From an archaeon (GTDB lineage Archaea > B1Sed10-29 > JAJRYS01), in contig JAVYMF010000001.1 in the NCBI GenBank assembly GCA_038736665.1, positions 1 to 38,494 on the forward strand: DNA of 38,494 bases, written 5' to 3'. Made by a program: the position numbers and the translations under genes. The number at the start of each line of letters is the position of its first letter. Within the stretch, counting starts at the first letter, position 1. Below are positions 17,521 through 26,861 of this stretch, piece after piece. The notes under the pieces are model-generated. The model was not told the origin of the DNA and did no database searches. It worked only from the letters and a program-made list of their open reading frames with translations.

Positions 17521-19367
17521 GGTATGAACAAAACGCTCAGCAGTGACAGCGCTATCGCGCCGCCCATCACCAAAGGAGCAATTATCGAGAGCATGGAAAC
17601 CATCGAGTTTATCGTCGCGACGATTTCAGTCGCTTTCTGTGCGCCGAACACTTCGACGTCCTTCACTTTAATTACTGCTGTTCCGGCGCTTACTTCTTCA
17701 AGATCTTTAAGCGCTTTTTTAACGGCTTCTTCAGAGCGACGCACTAGCACTTCCACAGGTATCCTTGCACCCACGGGATTGTCGACTCCTTGAATGCTGT
17801 TTACGCTGTGCGTGTCAGTCGTCAGCACTTCCACTTCGTCGAGGCCAAGGCGTTTTATTCGTTCGATTATTTTCTCGCGCGCTCCGCTGACTATATTATT
17901 CGCGTCAAACACTATTAAAGCGGTACTGTTTTTTCCGGCGCTTATAACCGCGGCGCGCAGCCCCGCGTATCCTATTCCTTCGCGCACCGAGTAATCCCTC
18001 ATGTCGTCTACTGCAACGCCCAGCCTTAATCTGTTTTTTTTCTGCTTAGAGAGTTTTTTGGCGGCTTCGTTCATGGCGTCGATTAATTCGAACATCATCG
18101 GGTCGCCTGAGTACATCGTGTGGTGCCCGGGATGATGCGAGTTGTGTGCGTCAACGCATATCACGTTCTTGTAATGCTTCTCGAGCTTGTTCATTACGGC
18201 AAGGCCGATGGTGAAATCAATGTCTTCTGTCGGCTCGGGCGCGAACGTCGAGATCAGAAGCGCCGAGTCCCCGAATGACTGGGCGAGGACTTTCGACTTG
18301 CCGCGCTGCACGCGGACCGACGGAGTCGCGCTTGGCGAGTGCTTTATTTTTTTAACGGCGTCGACGCATTCTTCCGCTATCCTGTAGATGTCGTCCGTCT
18401 GAAGTGGGTTGAGGTCGTGCGTCGCAGTGCCGTGCGGAATAATCACTGTGGCTCCCAATTCTTTTTCGCATACTTGCGTGAGCGCTCTCGTCAGCTTTCC
18501 GCCGCCAACTTCGCCGAAAGGCCCGGGATGCAGGTAAGGGATTATGAACAAGGATTTCAAGCGGTTTTTGGCTTTGAAGGATGCAAGTCCGACGTACGCG
18601 TCCGTTTTTTCGGACAGAGGCTCTAGTTCTTTCTCGATTGCCGTGGAACCGTCGAGCCAATGCGCCAGGAAAGTGCCAGCGAGCTTGAAAGTGCTGGCGC
18701 CGAAGATGCGCTTGGCAGGCGCGTTTATGAGCAGGATTATGAGCATAACGCCTATGAGGAAAATCGAGAAGCCTATCGTGATTTTAGCGAGCATCAGGAC
18801 GGGCGATATCGGCGGCAGGGGGAGCACGGAGCTTGTGGTAATCATTTGCGTTGAAGCGACCATGAACGCGAACCCGAGCGCTGGATGAATGGCAGCGATT
18901 CCAGAGGCCTGTATTATGTTGTAAGGGTGCGTGAGCATCAGAGCGAACACCCTTACCGCGAAAACTATTATGTAACCGAATATCATGAGGTCGAACACGA
19001 CTTTTGCGTTTCCAAGGGAGCAGATTATTCCCAGCAGGTAAGTTATTCCAACTACCATCATGCCTGCGAAAGCCAAGTAGCTTGAACGGTTGAACAATAA
19101 TTCTTTTCTCATCGGCTTCGTTATGAAGAACGAGAGCCACCCCGCCAGCACAGAGGGTATTCCGAGGAACACGAGCCCCATTATTGACCCGTACCAGACC
19201 AAATTCAAGGGGTTAATTGAGTTGACGTACACAGCGAAGCCCAGCACGCCTATTACGACTGAAGCAAAGAGAGTGAGGACTGTCGTTGTCTTCGTGTCAG
19301 GAAGTTTCCTCAGATAATTCGTGAGGGATACGAACTGTATTTTTTTGTCCTTGTTGTTCCCGTTCAT
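17514..19367 (-). CDS. Polytopic membrane protein with a large C-terminal soluble domain (DUF2070-like, archaeal)
   Basis: About 7 N-terminal TM helices are followed by a roughly 370-aa soluble region (PYLHPGPFGEVGGGKL...IIPHGTATHDLNP...CVDAHNSHHPGH) and a final TM helix. The DUF2070 name is from recollection of that architecture only. Confidence 0.8.
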   Translation of the reverse strand: MNGNNKDKKIQFVSLTNYLRKLPDTKTTTVLTLFASVVIGVLGFAVYVNSINPLNLVWYGSIMGLVFLGIPSVLAGWLSFFITKPMRKELLFNRSSYLAFAGMMVVGITYLLGIICSLGNAKVVFDLMIFGYIIVFAVRVFALMLTHPYNIIQASGIAAIHPALGFAFMVASTQMITTSSVLPLPPISPVLMLAKITIGFSIFLIGVMLIILLINAPAKRIFGASTFKLAGTFLAHWLDGSTAIEKELEPLSEKTDAYVGLASFKAKNRLKSLFIIPYLHPGPFGEVGGGKLTRALTQVCEKELGATVIIPHGTATHDLNPLQTDDIYRIAEECVDAVKKIKHSPSATPSVRVQRGKSKVLAQSFGDSALLISTFAPEPTEDIDFTIGLAVMNKLEKHYKNVICVDAHNSHHPGHHTMYSGDPMMFELIDAMNEAAKKLSKQKKNRLRLGVAVDDMRDYSVREGIGYAGLRAAVISAGKNSTALIVFDANNIVSGAREKIIERIKRLGLDEVEVLTTDTHSVNSIQGVDNPVGARIPVEVLVRRSEEAVKKALKDLEEVSAGTAVIKVKDVEVFGAQKATEIVATINSMVSMLSIIAPLVMGGAIALSLLSVLFIPW

Positions 19368-19420
19368 GAACGTATATAATGAAGTGATAGGTATAAAAGC
19401 ACGATTTCTGAAATAATTTC

Positions 19421-19869
19421 ATGATAAAAATAAGGGATGCGATAAGGGTGGATTTGTCTTCTATTTCTCGTCTGTCGTGCGAACTTGCCTTGTTTGAAAG
19501 CAAGTTCAACCTAACATAAAGATCTCAAAGAAGCGCTACTCTTCGAATGTTAACTGGTACAGGAAAAAATTCGGGAAAATCAAGATATTAGTTGCCGAAG
19601 AAAATGGCGAAATTGTCGCGTACGCGACGGCGTTCGTCATAAAGAAAAAGTCGGCTTGGGATAACTTCGACGTAGGTTACTTGTGAGACGTATTCGTTTT
19701 GCCGTCGTTCCGAAAGAAAGGGCTCGGTACAAGAATGCTTAAAGCGCTCATCAATTGGCTCAAGAGCAAGCGCGTTGCGAGGGTTAAGGCGGACGCGTAC
19801 TGCGGCAATCCCGCACTAAAGCTTTGGAAAAAACTCGGGCTTAAGCCGTACTCCGTGGGCTTGTTCTGA
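19421..19869 (+). pseudogene. GNAT-family N-acetyltransferase, disrupted by one frameshift and one in-frame TGA
   Basis: Frame A from ATG 19421 reads MIKIRDAIRVDLSSISRLSCELALFESKFNLT and stops at 19517. Frame B continues ..PNIKISKKRYSSNVNWYRKKFGKIKILVAEENGEIVAYATAFVIKKKSAWDNFDVGYL. A TGA follows at 19684-19686. The frame then reads DVFVLPSFRKKGLGTRMLKALINWLKSKRVARVKADAYCGNPALKLWKKLGLKPYSVGLF, which contains the acetyl-CoA motif R-x-x-G-x-G. Confidence 0.75.
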
Positions 19870-19985
19870 TGGAATGAAAGCTCGCACTGTCTTGCATGAA
19901 GAAAAAAGAAGCAGAATTTTTATGCGATTTTTTTGTTCGTTTTATTGATGCTATGCTAATACGAGAAATATATGGTTAATATCAA

Positions 19986-20144
19986 TTAGTATCTTTCTCG
20001 TCTTGCCGGCTTGTGGTTCTGGTAGCAGTCCTTGCAGTATACCGGTCTTGACTCGTCGGGCTTGAAAGGCACTTCGCACTCTTTGCCGCAGTCAGCGCAG
20101 GTTGCTTTGTGCATCTCTCTAGGACCGAAGTCTCTGTATGCCAT
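19986..20144 (-). CDS. CxxC-x17-CxxC zinc-ribbon mini-protein (52 aa), unlisted ORF
   Basis: Hand translation gives MAYRDFGPREMHKATCADCGKECEVPFKPDESRPVYCKDCYQNHKPARRERY. Exactly 17 residues separate CADC from CKDC, matching the CxxC-x17-CxxC domain family as I recall it. Confidence 0.75.
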   Translation of the reverse strand: MAYRDFGPREMHKATCADCGKECEVPFKPDESRPVYCKDCYQNHKPARRERY

Positions 20145-20320
20145 TTATTCACCTATATTCTATTAATTAGAAACCAATCAAGCGCCAGAAAAAGTTTCCT
20201 TTTCAAGACGATAATCGATTTCTATTGAACGCTATTATGGATGTTCCCCTTTATAAATCCGATTACTTCTTGAAGAGAGCGTAAAAACGTTTTTATTCTC
20301 TTGCGCCCCTAGTATTCCTC

Positions 20321-22000
20321 ATGAAGCGCACGCTTGCATTAATTCTGCTTTTGTCATGCGCAGCGATAGCCCAGCCGCACGACGCGGTGCTGAACGTCAC
20401 GTACCCGTTTCCAGTTGACAGCAGCGGCTTCGTGGAGCTCCGTGCGCTGGCCGGCTTCAATGATTCCGGGAACTTCATGTGCTACGGCACAAGCGTGAAC
20501 GCGACGGTGAACGGCGAAAATTACTCGCTCGACCCGCAGGTCGGCTGCTATTACACAAAATTCCTTCAGCTGGCTGACGGCGACTACAGCATCTCTTTCA
20601 ACGCGTCGTACCCGGAGCCTCTTGAAAGCAAGAGTTCGTCATACGTCCTTTCTGTTTCAAACTGGACAAAGCCTTACGTCAAAATCTACTCCCCAGCGCC
20701 AGGGCAGTCGTTCAGGCCGTCCGACTGGGTGTTCATCGAAGCGGCGGGCTTCATAAAGAACAGCATGATTGACGGCACCATGCGCGCTGACATAATCAAC
20801 TCGCTGAACGAGCCGATGAACTCGGCGTTTCTCTCTTCGTCTAACAAAGTCTTCAAGGGCTGGATTAAGTTAAACGTCAGCGACGGAGACTACTATCTGC
20901 GCTTGACTTTTTCAAGCGGGCAGTTCACGGTGCAGAAAAGCGTGGGCATCAAGGCGAACGCTTCGGCAGCACCAGGCGAATTGACGTCGGGCTCTATAAG
21001 CATGATTTACCCGCGCGAAAACATGACGTTCGACAAGAACGAAACTATTCCGTTCGAATTAGAATTCCGTGACTTCAATGAACTGCTTGTGAAGGGCGCC
21101 GCCGTGACCATGAGCATTTACAAGGGCGAGTCGCTCGTTGACACGGTCCGTTTCAACGAGAGCGCGTACTCTTACGTCGCGCAGTACGTTTTTACTGAAG
21201 CGGGCAGGTACGAGTTGCGCTTCAGAGGGGTTTCCGAACGCTTCGAGGCGGAATCGACGTACTCAATAACGGTAGGCAACGCTACTGAAGTGGCCCAAGC
21301 AGAGAATTTCGTGGTCAAAATACTGGTGCCTCGGGCCGACGTGTACGCCACCAACAGCGAGATAATTGCGCGTGCGCGAGTGCGGTTGAACGGCGAGCAG
21401 GTTTCTTCTGACGTTAGGTTTTTCGTTGACAGCTCTGAAGTCGCGCCGCACCGCGATTCGTACGGCGACTACGTCTTCATTCTTTCCTCCTTGCTGCAGG
21501 GCACGCACTCGATAAAAGCCATTGCCGAGAAAGACGGCATGAGCGCCGTGGATTATGTCGAGTTCGCGGTCAGCGACCATGTCCTGAGCGTTTCGTGGCT
21601 GGACCCTGATGAGAACGGCACTGCCGTCATCGCTAAGGGGGATCGCCTTGTTCTGAAAGCGTCCGTGAATGACGAGAGCGGCGATGCTGTCGCCGGGGTT
21701 TTCGTTATCGCGGAAATCATTGAGCCGAACGGTCGCGAGATACAGGTGCGCTTGTTTGAAAGCGAGGACACACCCGGAGTTTATCTAGGGGATTATTACC
21801 CGAGCCTTGAAGGAACGTACAAGGTCCACGTCACTGCCGCGAAAACAGGTTATGTCGCGCGCGTGAAGGACGTCTTGTTCGGCATAGCCCTTGAGAAGCA
21901 ACAGATAATCCCAAGCCTCGACGTAAGTACGGTGCTCCTGATTATTCTGGCTATGGCGATAGTCATTTTCGTCCTGGCTTTCCTGAAGCTGATATTCTGA
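20321..22000 (+). CDS. Secreted, C-terminally membrane-anchored repeat protein (candidate surface glycoprotein or adhesin), first gene of the filament locus
   Basis: Sec-type signal MKRTLALILLLSCAAIAQP. About 13 N-x-S/T sequons. About four modules of roughly 110 aa each open with a similar strand (YVKIYSPAPGQSF / ISMIYPRENMTF / VVKILVPRADVY / LSVSWLDPDENG). C-terminal TM helix VLLIILAMAIVIFVLAFLKLIF. Confidence 0.85.
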   Translation: MKRTLALILLLSCAAIAQPHDAVLNVTYPFPVDSSGFVELRALAGFNDSGNFMCYGTSVNATVNGENYSLDPQVGCYYTKFLQLADGDYSISFNASYPEPLESKSSSYVLSVSNWTKPYVKIYSPAPGQSFRPSDWVFIEAAGFIKNSMIDGTMRADIINSLNEPMNSAFLSSSNKVFKGWIKLNVSDGDYYLRLTFSSGQFTVQKSVGIKANASAAPGELTSGSISMIYPRENMTFDKNETIPFELEFRDFNELLVKGAAVTMSIYKGESLVDTVRFNESAYSYVAQYVFTEAGRYELRFRGVSERFEAESTYSITVGNATEVAQAENFVVKILVPRADVYATNSEIIARARVRLNGEQVSSDVRFFVDSSEVAPHRDSYGDYVFILSSLLQGTHSIKAIAEKDGMSAVDYVEFAVSDHVLSVSWLDPDENGTAVIAKGDRLVLKASVNDESGDAVAGVFVIAEIIEPNGREIQVRLFESEDTPGVYLGDYYPSLEGTYKVHVTAAKTGYVARVKDVLFGIALEKQQIIPSLDVSTVLLIILAMAIVIFVLAFLKLIF

Positions 22001-22066
22001 TTTTAAGAGCGAACAAAAACCGCCGTTACTGATGGATATAAAAACTTGTTTTGCTTCTGGTTTTTT

Positions 22067-22459
22067 ATGAGAGGAGTCAGCGAGGTTGTGGCGATTTCGC
22101 TTCTTGTAGCCATGGCAGTGCTGCTTGCGATGGGTTTCATTTACTGGGGCTCAGGTTTTTATTCGCAGAAGAGCGCCGAGTCGCAGGACATTTTCAGGAA
22201 AGGCATTTCAAACGCTTACGCTGACGTGGACATCATTAACGCCACATGGTACTCTGGCAACAAAACCGTTTACGTGGCGGTCAAGAACACAGGGGGCGTT
22301 GACTTGACAAAAGTTTACGTGATGGCAGGCGTTCAGATAGGCTACTTTGAGTCTTTGGCGCCCGGACAGACCTCTTATGTTTCTTTCGCGCTTTCTTCAA
22401 AGCCGGAAAAAGTCATAGTTTCCGCTTACGAGGGGGCTTCTGATGAGCAGCTGCTTTAA
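22067..22459 (+). CDS. Type IV pilin-like protein 1 (class III signal peptide)
   Basis: MRG|VSEVVAISLLVAMAVLLAMGF resembles the archaeal pilin/archaellin N-terminal domain. A beta-rich C-terminus includes TVYVAVKNTGGVDLTKVYV. The start is set at ATG 22067. Confidence 0.8.
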   Translation: MRGVSEVVAISLLVAMAVLLAMGFIYWGSGFYSQKSAESQDIFRKGISNAYADVDIINATWYSGNKTVYVAVKNTGGVDLTKVYVMAGVQIGYFESLAPGQTSYVSFALSSKPEKVIVSAYEGASDEQLL

Positions 22460-22931
22460 AGGCGTTTCAAACGTCGTTTCAGTCGCTCTCATAACCGGCT
22501 TCATTGTAACGTCAGTTACTATTGTTTTCCTGTGGGCCTCTCCTCTTCTTGACAAAAGCGTGAAAATCGCGGAGCTGGAAAGGATGAAATCCAAGATGTC
22601 TGACATTGACGACGCGATACGGCTCGTGTCGCACTCGGGCGTGAACTCAAGCAGAAGCGTTTTTGTTTCAGTTTCAAAAGGCAAGCTCTTGCTGTCGAAT
22701 TCGTCTGTCGTTTACGTTGTTGACGTTGGAGAGGCCATGCTCAAAGACGGCGTTTCCGTTCAGGAGAGGAATATGTGGATCACTGGCCGTGGTACTTCGG
22801 TCGAGCTAAAGCTGAACTACTCAGGGATTCAGCTCGCCGCAAATGACATTGTGATGGGCGACAGGAATATCGTCATCACCAAAATAGGTGCTTCCGGCGG
22901 AAAGCCCGTGGTGGGGGTCGTTGCTTCTTGA
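22443..22931 (+). CDS. Type IV pilin-like protein 2
   Basis: MSSCFKG|VSNVVSVALITGFIVTSVTIVFL. It overlaps the upstream gene by 17 nt. Confidence 0.75.
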   Translation: MSSCFKGVSNVVSVALITGFIVTSVTIVFLWASPLLDKSVKIAELERMKSKMSDIDDAIRLVSHSGVNSSRSVFVSVSKGKLLLSNSSVVYVVDVGEAMLKDGVSVQERNMWITGRGTSVELKLNYSGIQLAANDIVMGDRNIVITKIGASGGKPVVGVVAS

Positions 22932-23347
22932 AGGGCATTCTTTCAATCAGTCAAGTGCTTTACTTTGGTTTCGGCGTTATGGCCCTCATAGCTGTTGTCT
23001 ACTTGATGACTTCTTTTTACTTGGCCACTAAAGCTGTCTCGTCAGAAGTCGCTATGGACGACGTCTTAAAAACCCTTGATTCGGCTTCAACGAAGCTTTA
23101 CTTCGAAGGCCTGGCTTTCAACGCCGAGAACTCAAGGATTTACCTGAAGCTTCCTGCTAAAGTGGCAGGAAGCAAGTACAGGATAAAGTTCAACAATACT
23201 TCAAGAGAGTTCTGCTTCGTTTTTCCCGAAACCCGTTGCAAAAAAACGTATTTATTGGCAGGAATCGTTCAGATAAACGCCGACATCGACAGCTCTAAAA
23301 GCGAGCATTACATGTATTACTTAAACAAAACTATTCAGGTGGTCTGA
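22928..23347 (+). CDS. Type IV pilin-like protein 3
   Basis: TTG start in a TTGA overlap with the upstream stop. MKG|ILSISQVLYFGFGVMALIAVVYL. Confidence 0.7.
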   Translation: MKGILSISQVLYFGFGVMALIAVVYLMTSFYLATKAVSSEVAMDDVLKTLDSASTKLYFEGLAFNAENSRIYLKLPAKVAGSKYRIKFNNTSREFCFVFPETRCKKTYLLAGIVQINADIDSSKSEHYMYYLNKTIQVV

Positions 23348-24850
23348 TTGCCTAAGAAAAAAGCGAAAAAACCAGCCTCAAAGCAAGGGGCAAGTGCGCC
23401 TGGAAAAAAAGAGAAAGAATTCACGCGCGAATATTTCGTTATTGAGCCCTTCGCAAGAATAAAGATAATGATGAAAGGGCAAAGTTACGTTTATAATCTC
23501 ATCGAGCCAGACTTGGGCTCGCTGAAAAAAGACTTTGAAAAAATAAAAGAAATCATGATATCAGACATAGAGTTTTCAGTGGAAGAAGTAAAAGACCCCG
23601 AGGATTACCTCATAAAAAAGATGGACGAAATCATCAAAAAAGAAAACATCTCAGTGTCCCCTGAAGACAGGGATAAATTCATTTATTACTTGAAAAACGA
23701 GTTCATAGGGCTGGGAAAGCTTGAGCCCCTGCTTCAGGACAAGGACATAGAAGACATCAGCTGCAACGGCCCGGGAATTCCTATATACATAAGGCACAGG
23801 GTGCTCGGCTCGCTGGAGAGTAACATATTGTTCAACGAGCAGGAGCTTAATTCTTACGTGATGAGGATAGCGCAGAAATGCAACAGGTTCATATCTTACG
23901 CGCAGCCATTGTTGGACGGCAGTCTTCCGGACGGTTCCCGCGTGCAGGCCACGTTCGGCGGAGGAGTGTCCATAAAAGGACCCAACTTTACCATAAGGAG
24001 GTTCCGCTCAACGCCGTTGTCTCCGCTGGACTTAATCGAGCTGAATACAGGCAGCTACGAGCTGTTCGCTTACTTCTGGGAAGCGATTGAAAACGGCATG
24101 AGTATTCTCGTTAGCGGGGGTACAGCAACCGGAAAAACCTCTTTCTTGAACGCGTTAGCGCTTTTCATTCCTCCTTCGCTTAAAGTGGTTTCCATCGAAG
24201 ACACTCCTGAAATCAACATTCCGCACGAGAACTGGATTCAGTCGGTATCGCGAGCAGGATACGGAGCCGAGAACTACGGGGAAGTGACGATGTTTGACCT
24301 ACTGAAGGCGTCTTTCCGCCAGCGTCCTGACTACATAATTCTCGGAGAAGTGCGGGGCCAGGAAGCGTACGTTTTGTTCCAGTCGATGGCTTCAGGCCAC
24401 CCGGGGCTCGGCACTATTCACGCCGAGTCGGCCGACGCCATAGTTGAAAGGCTGCTCTCGCCGCCGATAAACCTCTCGCCTGCCCTAATGGAATTGCTTG
24501 ACGTGGCATGCATCCTTGTTTTCGCTCCGAAGATATCGCATAACGCGAGGCGCGTCAAAGAAGTCATCGAAATACTTTCAGTCTCGCCTGAAGGGCAATT
24601 GCGCTCGAACACAGCGTACAGATGGGTGCCTATTGACGACGAGTTCGAGATGGTCGGCTCGTCCAACGTAGTGGCAAAAATATCGAGGATGAGGGGAAAA
24701 ACCGAAGACGAAATATGGGAGGAAATCCGCGAGAAAGAAGCGCTCCTTAAAAAAATGAAAGAAAAAGCTTCTAATTACAGGGAATTCTTCGACTTGATGT
24801 CCCTTTACTACGCTGAAAAAGCGACTCTCCTGAAAAAACTGGGTCTGTGA
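23348..24850 (+). CDS. Type IV filament assembly ATPase (ArlI/FlaI/PilB-like, T2SSE/VirB11 superfamily)
   Basis: N-terminal YFVIEPFARIKI..YVYNLIEP. Walker A is SGGTATGKTS, Asp box VVSIEDTPEI, Walker B PDYIILGEVRGQEA, and His box GLGTIHAES. TTG start lies directly after the upstream stop. Confidence 0.92.
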   Translation: MPKKKAKKPASKQGASAPGKKEKEFTREYFVIEPFARIKIMMKGQSYVYNLIEPDLGSLKKDFEKIKEIMISDIEFSVEEVKDPEDYLIKKMDEIIKKENISVSPEDRDKFIYYLKNEFIGLGKLEPLLQDKDIEDISCNGPGIPIYIRHRVLGSLESNILFNEQELNSYVMRIAQKCNRFISYAQPLLDGSLPDGSRVQATFGGGVSIKGPNFTIRRFRSTPLSPLDLIELNTGSYELFAYFWEAIENGMSILVSGGTATGKTSFLNALALFIPPSLKVVSIEDTPEINIPHENWIQSVSRAGYGAENYGEVTMFDLLKASFRQRPDYIILGEVRGQEAYVLFQSMASGHPGLGTIHAESADAIVERLLSPPINLSPALMELLDVACILVFAPKISHNARRVKEVIEILSVSPEGQLRSNTAYRWVPIDDEFEMVGSSNVVAKISRMRGKTEDEIWEEIREKEALLKKMKEKASNYREFFDLMSLYYAEKATLLKKLGL

Positions 24851-24851
24851 A

Positions 24852-26861
24852 ATGTCCATTTACTCAGTGCTCGTAAAAGCGTATGCGAAGCTATGCAACA
24901 GCTTCCTGTGGCCTGTTTCCAGGAAAATAGCCAAGCGCTCTCCGAGCGTCGAGTCGGACTACAGGAAAGCAGCTTTCCCTTTTTCTTACGAGGAATACAT
25001 TTCAATGGCTTTGTTCACGACGGTGTTCGTGGCCTTCGAGACCTTCGCGTTCTCCTCCACAGTGGTTTTTCTTTTCGAGTACAACGCGCCTACCGCTCCT
25101 CCAGCGGCTTTCCCAGCGCCTGCCGCTGCCTCCCAGACATCGCCAGGCATGGAATTTGAAATCATTTCAGAGCATCAGGTAATGCTTTCCAACAGCACAG
25201 TGACTATTTCAGTGACTTCAAACACTTCCTCGACTTCGTGCGAACTGCAGCTTAACGGCGTGACTTACGACATGCCCCTGCAGAAGCCTGAGAGAGTGTG
25301 CTTTAACGTTTCAAGCAAAGAAGGGGGCCTGGCAGAGTATTGCCTGTCGCCGGTTTCAATCAGCCAAGACAGTTACAACTATTCATACTCCCTCGCCAAT
25401 CCGCAGCCTGGGCAATACAATTACTCTGTTTCATGCTCGAAGCCGTCGTTTTACAGAAACGGGTCCTTCCAAGTGTTTGCTTCAGCGTCCCCTATTAAGG
25501 TAAGCGCTGACCACTACCCATTCAATCTGCTAATAATAAGGGATTCGTCCGAAGTCGGTTCGGCCCATATTCTTTCAGAGTCGTCCGTGCTGGTGCCTGA
25601 CGGCATCTCCAAACTAAAAGCCGTTTACGAAGGCGCCGAGTCGGAAATAAACGTTTCCGTTCCCGCTGTGAAATCAGTTCACTTTGCTTTCCAGTTCGGC
25701 TCAGTTCAGTTGACAGCGCCTGCTTCAGGAGTTATTGAGTTCCGCAAGGGCAACTACTCAATTGAAAAAGAATTCAACGGCTCGCTCGAGCAAGAGCTGG
25801 GAACGGGCCATTGGGAATACAGCATGAAATCGCAGGGGTACGCAGACGCTTCAGGCTCTTTTGAAGTAGCCGCCGGCAGCGCGACTCAGTTGAGCGTTTT
25901 TATGCTCAGGAAAACAATGCTGCAGATTGCCACTGAGCCAGAAAAGCCGGCCACAAACGCGAAAACGTATTTTATCGTGAACTACACTGACTCGTTCGGC
26001 AGGCCATTAGCCGGATTCAAAGCCAACGTCACTGTCGACGGCCAGCAGGCCGCGGAAGAGAGCCTGGGTTTGTACTCTTATTTCTTCAATTCCTCTTCAG
26101 AAGGGACACACACAGTTGTTGTCAGGGCCAGTAGGGATTTTTACGAGGACCAATTAAAAGTAATATCATTGAACGTGGTTTTCAACCAGGAAAGGCAGGA
26201 CTCCTTAAAAATGGGCATCAGGGTCACCATGACCTTGCTTCTGGCTTTCGTGACTGGCTTTATTTTCATGCTTTACCCGTCGCAAAGAGCGTCGTCGCGT
26301 GAGTCGTCAATCGACTCGACGCTGCCTTTCGTCCTGTCGCACATGTCGTCCATGGCCAAGTCAGGCATATCTGTTTCGGAAATCATCCGGCTCATGGCGA
26401 ACTACTGTGCTTACGACGAGCTCAGGAAAGAATTCTCGAAAATGCTGAAATCCATGGAAATCCTCGGATACGACCTCATCAAGGCAATCAAGACAACCGC
26501 TGAAAACACCCCCTCCAAGAAATTTTCGGACATACTTAGTTCTCTGGCGACGACAATACACTCAGGGGGGAACATATCGTCTTTCCTGAAAGACAGGGCT
26601 GACTCGACAAGGCTCGACCTCACAATCTCGGCAAAGGAAAAAACGTCAGCCATGGCGTTGCTTGGGGAGATATACATCATAATGTTCGTGGCCGTGCCCA
26701 TTTTCGTGGCAGTGATGCTCATAGCAATGGAGTTCGTTTCAGCGGGAGCGCTTCCCATATCACCTATAATGGCGCTCAAGCTGTCTGCGTATGTGTTCAT
26801 ACCTGTCATGACTTTTGTGTTCATAGTTTACTTGATGAAAGAGCTTAATGCAGGGATATGA
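24852..26861 (+). CDS. Platform protein, half 1 (single T2SSF domain, ArlJ/PilC/TadB-like) with a large extracellular insertion
   Basis: First TM region is FTTVFVAFETFAFSSTVVFLF. A Pro/Ala linker and a sequon-rich insert of about 350-400 aa follow. A second TM is MTLLLAFVTGFIFML. The T2SSF domain is LPFVLSHMSSMAKSGISVSEIIRLM...ATTIHSGGNISSFLKD, followed by the terminal TM helices. Confidence 0.85.
   Translation: MSIYSVLVKAYAKLCNSFLWPVSRKIAKRSPSVESDYRKAAFPFSYEEYISMALFTTVFVAFETFAFSSTVVFLFEYNAPTAPPAAFPAPAAASQTSPGMEFEIISEHQVMLSNSTVTISVTSNTSSTSCELQLNGVTYDMPLQKPERVCFNVSSKEGGLAEYCLSPVSISQDSYNYSYSLANPQPGQYNYSVSCSKPSFYRNGSFQVFASASPIKVSADHYPFNLLIIRDSSEVGSAHILSESSVLVPDGISKLKAVYEGAESEINVSVPAVKSVHFAFQFGSVQLTAPASGVIEFRKGNYSIEKEFNGSLEQELGTGHWEYSMKSQGYADASGSFEVAAGSATQLSVFMLRKTMLQIATEPEKPATNAKTYFIVNYTDSFGRPLAGFKANVTVDGQQAAEESLGLYSYFFNSSSEGTHTVVVRASRDFYEDQLKVISLNVVFNQERQDSLKMGIRVTMTLLLAFVTGFIFMLYPSQRASSRESSIDSTLPFVLSHMSSMAKSGISVSEIIRLMANYCAYDELRKEFSKMLKSMEILGYDLIKAIKTTAENTPSKKFSDILSSLATTIHSGGNISSFLKDRADSTRLDLTISAKEKTSAMALLGEIYIIMFVAVPIFVAVMLIAMEFVSAGALPISPIMALKLSAYVFIPVMTFVFIVYLMKELNAGI

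Noticed and set aside
19684-19686. In-frame TGA inside the GNAT gene as possible stop-codon recoding (UGA read as Gly, Trp or Sec)
   Set aside because: TGA terminates many well-supported genes here, including the M50 protease, the Cys-rich membrane protein and Hsp20. The same gene also has a separate frameshift. Pseudogenisation is the simpler explanation.
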